Below, piece after piece: positions 57,968 through 64,000 of a stretch of 64,000 nucleotides of DNA. Each line of letters opens with the position of its first letter. Position 1 is the stretch's first letter. The position numbers were made by a program, and so were the translations under genes. The DNA comes from Octopus vulgaris (lineage: Eukaryota). Below the pieces are notes generated by a model that made no database searches, was not told the origin of the DNA, and saw only the letters and a list, made by a program, of their open reading frames with translations. Location of the stretch: positions 110,112,001 to 110,176,000 of the forward strand of contig OX597821.1 of assembly GCA_951406725.2 (NCBI GenBank), written 5' to 3'.

Positions 57968-58799
57968 ATTTCTTTATTTAGCTACACAGGGCTTAACACA
58001 AAGAGGACAAAACAATGTAGATTTTTTCCTTTCTCGAAATCGATGATAAGGAATCGATAAAAAAACAACGTTTTGGGGGCATGTATACACATATATAACA
58101 AGGTGACGCTTTTTTTTAACTATTTGAATTCCCAAAAGGTGGAGAAAATATAACACAAACGAGAAATATCCATGGAAAGAAAAATCTACGAAAAATAACC
58201 ATGGTAACCTTAGGCAAAAGGAAAAAATCTATGAGAGCAAAGTGCTCTCTCTCTCTCTTTGTTTGTTTTACAGGTTAATGCTCAAAGTAGTTCCTTCATT
58301 CATGCGTACCATTTTTGCTACACCCACCTTTTACTAAATCTTTCATTAGACAAAACTTTCCTCTCTACTTTTACCTGTCTTTTCAAGTGATATTCGAGGA
58401 AGTAGATGTGGGATTGGCCAGAGAGGTAAGTATTTGTCTCTATACGTTACAAACGAGTTCACCACACTGATTCTTTCGCCATAGCCACCAGTACGATGAA
58501 AACTGCCTTGCCTTCCCGGTTAAAGGAAGGTGGCGGGACAATATTCACGATAGACTCGACTGACAAACGGATTCGACCCACATGCGACAGCAGCCATTCG
58601 ACATGGGTCCACAGCTCTGAAATATATGGACACTGCACGAGTCCGTGCAGAATGGTTTCGTCGTTCTGACCGCACTTAGGGTAGGTCGGTTCGGTGTTCT
58701 TGAAGCATTACCCGTTCGGGTAATGCTTCTTGATAGCACTGCCAGGCCAGGGATCTTTGAAAATTGTCCAAATGTACCGGCCCGAAAGTGGTCCTGAAA

Positions 58800-58800
<1 letters not shown>
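57968..58800 (-). mobile_element. Tx1/L1-group LINE 3' fragment (ORF2 zinc knuckle and 3' UTR)
   Basis: DNFQRSLAWQCYQEALP...(C>Y)PKCGQNDETILHGLVQCPYISELW...MAKESVW. The tail ends AATAAAGAAA; extra 3' UTR copies lie at 57109-57420 and 57692-57825. Confidence 0.8.
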
Positions 58801-58830
<30 letters not shown>

Positions 58831-60073
58831 GATAGATGGATGGATAGATAGATGGACAGACAGATAGATAGATATTTATATATGTGCGTGCTTATCATAT
58901 GTATATTACACACACACATATATACACACCACACACGCGTACACACACACATTTATATATATAGAGAGAAGAGAAAATAACAGATAGAATATATATGTTA
59001 TACATGTACGTGTGTATGCGTGTGTGTGTGTGTTTGTAAATATTCATATATCTTGCGTTGGTGATGTTTCATGTTGCGTTGAAGTGATTATGTATGGAGT
59101 TGATTAATCAGAGATAAAAATTCAGATAAAAATATATTACATTTCAGCGGGATTTCGTTCATTTTCTTTTTCTATTTTATCATATTTTACTTACGTTGTA
59201 GAAGGAATTTATATTATGCGAGGTAGCAAGACATTATCATACAACGGCTAGATTTCATTTTATATTCATATATAACGTATAATATTATATACAAAAAAAA
59301 AAACCCCACAAAAGTCCAGAGAAATTTTCGAAATTTAGTGAAGGCCCCAGACAGCCGTCCACGTTGTTTCACGATATGATTACTTGTAAAATAATTCCAA
59401 CATTCTAAGATAGTGTCACATAGAATTTGACATTCTTGTGTTTTTGGAGATGAATGGTATCGTTGTCAGTCATTCACGTGTTTGGTTGCATGACAGAATC
59501 GGTAGGATTGTGTTCAACACTTCTTGGGATATTTAGATATGCCAGTTCAAATCCCACCGGTTTCCACTCTGCTGTTTATATCCTCATGATTTGATGTAAT
59601 TCATTATATCTCACCATATGCCAAATCTGCAGTTCTGTGTCAATATTGGAAACCGTAGTATAATATCACTATCAGCAAAAACGATGGTGAGATCAGTGCA
59701 TTGAGGGAGTTAAATAAGAAACAGTATCACAGAGATGGACAACCAGCGACTTTAAGGATACTTCAAACTTTCTGAAACGTTAATATATGGCGTTCGGACG
59801 GAATAAGTGTGACGCTTGATAGATAGATAGAGAGAGGGAGAGTGAGAGAGAGAGGGAGAGGGAGAGAGAGAGGGAGAGTGAGAGAGAGAGGGAGAGGGAG
59901 AGTGGGAGAGTGAGGGAGAGGGAGAGAGAGGGGCAGACAGACAGGGACAGAAACAAAGAGAGAGACAGAGATTATATATTCTATGTTGTATTCGTCATGT
60001 TGGGGGACCATGCTGAAGAAATTGTAGTCGGAAGTAACAAGTATTTATATTCCTTTTAATCCTAATACCTTAA

Positions 60074-60153
<80 letters not shown>

Positions 60154-60300
60154 TTTTTGGATTTGGTTTGCAAGATTCTGTATGTGAGTTCGTGTGTTGA
60201 AGAGTATACTGTTGTGTCTGGGGAGAGTTCATTCTCTTTTGCTGTCTTATAATTTAAAACACTCACCGGTAAAGTTTCCACTTATTTCTTTTTTATTGTT

Positions 60301-60337
60301 CTAAAAGTTTCGTTGCGTCTTACAACCTTTTCAATAG
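60301..60337 (-). ncRNA. Hammerhead-like motif, U3:A8 variant
   Basis: cta-TTGAAAA-g-GTTGT-aagac-GCAAC-GAAA-ctt-T-tag. It lies between inverted arms at about 60204-60281 and 60396-60470. Confidence 0.5.
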
Positions 60338-60472
60338 TCTCGACTCTGTCCGTTATTCACACCGCGTTCTTTTTTTGTTTGTGGAAATTGTACCGGTGGA
60401 AATTTTACCGGTAAGTGTGCTAAGTTTATAAGGCACTAAAAGAGAATGGCTCTCTCCAGACACAACAGTATG

Positions 60473-60527
<55 letters not shown>

Positions 60528-60710
60528 TGAGATAGGGGTTGTAAATGCAACCCTCTATGGGATAACGTATATCCAATATACTGCTAGTGAAGTACCCAAC
60601 ACAGTTAATACATAAATGTTAATGATTGCCATGCAATCAATTCAGTTACTGTATTATATGGGCAAAGGTAAAATGATTTACCACAAATTACTTTCTCCAG
60701 TTTCATATCT

Positions 60711-60748
<38 letters not shown>

Positions 60749-61163
60749 GTGGTTAGGGTGTTGGACTCATGAGCGTAAGATTGTGGTTTCGATTCCTGGA
60801 CTGGGTGATGCCATGTGTTCTTGACCAAAGCACTTCACTTCACATTGATCCAGTTTACACATTGGCAAAAACGATTAATCTTGCAACGAGCCGGCCTTCC
60901 CGTCCAGGGCTGGAATATATACGCACAGAATCTGAAAAGAACCGCCTTGGAAGCCTATGTCCCGGGACCTTTGATTCTGTTGATGTATGCACATGTGTTT
61001 GTGGAGGTGTCTACATATATTTCACTTAAGCATTTCGAGACAAATAACAGGGTGTAGAACTCAATATACGAATGTCTGAGAAAGACGTGTAAACCGAGTA
61101 TAGATCGGAAATAACAAAAGTGAGGTGACAAAGGAATAAATGGTTATCTTATGAACTTCATTA

Positions 61164-61242
61164 GCTTACAGTTGTTTCTGCTATCAGAAGCAGTGGACTC
61201 ATAGTTGAATGCCTGAACAGCACCGTATAGCTTCTCCGGAGC
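61164..61242 (-). ncRNA. Decayed hammerhead; related copy at 63124-63180
   Basis: gct-CCGgAGA-a-GCTAT...ATAGC-a-GAAA-caactgt-A-agc. The 63124 copy has CCGATGA...GAAA-cggctgt-A. Confidence 0.45.
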
Positions 61243-61400
61243 CTCAAATATGCAATGCAATATATTTGTATAAATAAAAAGCAGAAACATTTATTATTCC
61301 ACCCTCAGCTCTCTTTTCCATATATATATATATATATATATAAATATATATATATACACGCGCGTACACCTCGGAAGTAAATAGTCGCCCTTCATTATAG

Positions 61401-61461
<61 letters not shown>

Positions 61462-61667
61462 CTTGTATAATATTTAAACATCAATTTTCCACGCAGTTTC
61501 TCTCGCCACTATATCTTTCATTTTTCGTCATCCACATATCTATATCCAAACGCATTTACACACACACACACACACACAGATACACTTACACACACATACA
61601 TACATGCATACATACATACATACATATATACATACATACATACATATATACATACATATATACATAC

Positions 61668-61730
<63 letters not shown>

Positions 61731-62250
61731 GTGTGTATGGTTATGTGAGTTTGTGCATGCATGGGCATAAATGAATACTTATATATGTGTGTGTGTGTGT
61801 GTGTGTCTATACGTACTTACATATACACACAACAAACACACAAGCATAGAAACATTCACACTTGCACACATATGGCGATACGTATACACATACACACACA
61901 CGCACGCACATATGCATTCGTAGATAAGAAAAATTTTCGTCTTGCGTGTAATGAAGAGTTGATTATCAAATTCTCACAAACTAATCCTCTGACTTTCAAC
62001 AGATTTTACACACTTCCCTTCCCTCTCTCTCTGTCTCTCTCTCTCTCCTTCTCTTCTTCCTTTTCTCTCTTCTCCTCTTCCTCCTTTTGTTCCCTGTCTC
62101 CCGTTCCTCCCTCCCCACGTCTCTCCCTATCTATCGCTGGCCACGTTATCATAGATACGTAATAATATCTCTGAACAGCCTGATGGCATCACGCACAGCC
62201 ATAAATACACAGACAGACCGCACATTCACACTCAAGCACACGTACACACA

Positions 62251-62301
<51 letters not shown>

Positions 62302-62632
62302 TCACACACGCGTACACAAACGCATACGCTTGTACAAGACTCTCAGAAAAGAATCAAAGAGCAAGACTGGTGTTTTAACCTGCTAGAGATAGCAGCCAAA
62401 TGTGTATCAAACATACACAATGGTCTCATAAATAAAAGAAACAATAACAGCCACACAACCACACATACTCACACACACAGATATGTATTCATATATACAC
62501 ATAAAATATGTATGTATATTTATATATATATATATGTGTGCATATGTATAAATATATATATATAAATATATATATATACATATACATATATATATATATA
62601 AATATATATATACACATACACACACACACATA

Positions 62633-62738
<106 letters not shown>

Positions 62739-62741
62739 TTA

Positions 62742-62990
62742 AGTAGAATACTTAATGAAAATGGAAATGAGAAAAGATTCTAACGATGTAGAGATGATAG
62801 TCGAAAAAAAATGTTTATTTCGGGAGCAAAGGCCCATCTTCAGAAGGATACGGTCAAAGAAATGTGTATCAACGTAGATCTTGCCATTTGACTGTACACG
62901 TCTGAAGATGGGCCTTTGCCCCCGAAATACATAAAGGTTTTTCAACTTTCATCTCTGTATTCTTAGAAGCTTTTCATTTATTATTCTACT
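62742..62990. repeat. Head-to-head inverted repeat with a hammerhead motif in each arm
   Basis: Plus strand from 62902: CTGAAGA-t-GGG-cctttgc-CCC-GAAA-tacat-A-aagg. The minus-strand copy supplies cctt-CTGAAGA, so the consensus has an intact stem I (cctt/aagg). Confidence 0.6.
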
Positions 62991-63239
62991 TGTGCACAAT
63001 AATGCTTCAAACAAACTACAACACTCTTTTCACACACACACACACATACACACACAAACGCACATATGTATATAGGCAAATGAGATGCCAAAGGAATAAA
63101 CGATTATCTCATGAACTTCATTATCTTACAGCCGTTTCTGTTATAAGATGCAGAGTAACACGTTGTGGCTTCATCGGAGCCTTTTCTTGAATATCGCTTC
63201 GTATATTGAACTCTACACCAGGATATTAACCTCGCGACG

Positions 63240-63555
63240 CCGTAGCTGTGTGATAAGAAACTTGCTTCCCAACAACATGGTTCCGGGTTCAGTTTCACTG
63301 TGTGGCACCTTGGGCAAGTGTCATCTACTATAGCCTCGGACCGACCAAAGCTTTGTGAGTAAATTTGATAAACTGAAATTAACCCGTCTTGTATGAATGT
63401 TTCTTGGTCAGTGTTTGCCCCCCCACCACCACCACCATAATCGCCTGACAACCGATATTGCTGTGTTTACGTCCCCGCAAGTTAGCGCTTCGGCAAAAGA
63501 GACTGATAGGATAAGTAATAGGTTTACAAAGAATAAGTCCTGGGGTCGAGTTGTT
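63240..63555 (+). mobile_element. SINE family B
   Basis: Head and internal domains match the consensus. Confidence 0.85.
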
Positions 63556-63645
63556 TATATATATATATAACATGTGATCTCTTGAGCACCACCAGCAAAA
63601 ATATTTTTTTTCCTCTGTCTTCCCTTCTTGGGATCTTTCCTTCTT

Positions 63646-63680
63646 GTTTCCGACGAAGAGCTCCGCTCGAAACGTTAAAC
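63646..63680 (+). ncRNA. 35-nt minimal hammerhead, C4 variant, GUU site
   Basis: GTTT-CCGACGA-a-GAGC-tcc-GCTC-GAAA-cgt-T-AAAC. The downstream flank 63720-63780 recurs at about 4995-5052. Confidence 0.7.
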
Positions 63681-63949
63681 CCTCCTTCCCTTCTTTCCTG
63701 AGCGTCAAATAATGCTTTAATTGTTCCACGTCCTCGCGTTGCTGTGTTTTTTTTCTGTGTTTTCTTGTTTGGATTAACTATATATATGAGAAAATGGAGA
63801 AATATATCTATATCAATCACCAACCATCAGATAATACCCAATCAATACTTTATTAAACCATTACACAATAGCAATGATATTATACATTAATATAGTACAA
63901 ATATAACAAGACATAGAAATAGAAATAGAAATACATTTAACCCCTATCT

Positions 63950-64000
<51 letters not shown>

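Overview
AT-rich, microsatellite-saturated eukaryotic DNA. The SINE families and repeat density resemble an octopus/coleoid cephalopod genome (inference). I find no host gene I can support, and almost every ORF in the track is a translation of (TA)n, (CA)n, (TACA)n, (GATA)n or triplet repeats. The non-microsatellite sequence is mostly mobile DNA: several tRNA-headed SINE families, six non-autonomous Helitrons plus a Helitron RepHel/PIF1 remnant, mariner/Tc1/pogo remnants, RTE, CR1-like, R4/Dong and Tx1-like LINE fragments, and a Penelope-like (PLE) GIY-YIG fragment. The main signal is a dense set of about 20 minimal type-I hammerhead ribozyme (HHR) motifs, roughly half with an intact or near-intact core. 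They lie in many unrelated short non-coding elements inserted in (TA)n tracts. Most have a self-complementary stem III, and they show natural covariation of the core 3:8 pair (C-G, G-C, U-A). They recur in a partial-tandem plus 5'-inverted architecture, and one lies downstream of the GIY-YIG ORF on the same strand. I infer a diverse population of PLE-mobilised, retrozyme-like elements. All structures were folded by eye and catalytic activity is untested.
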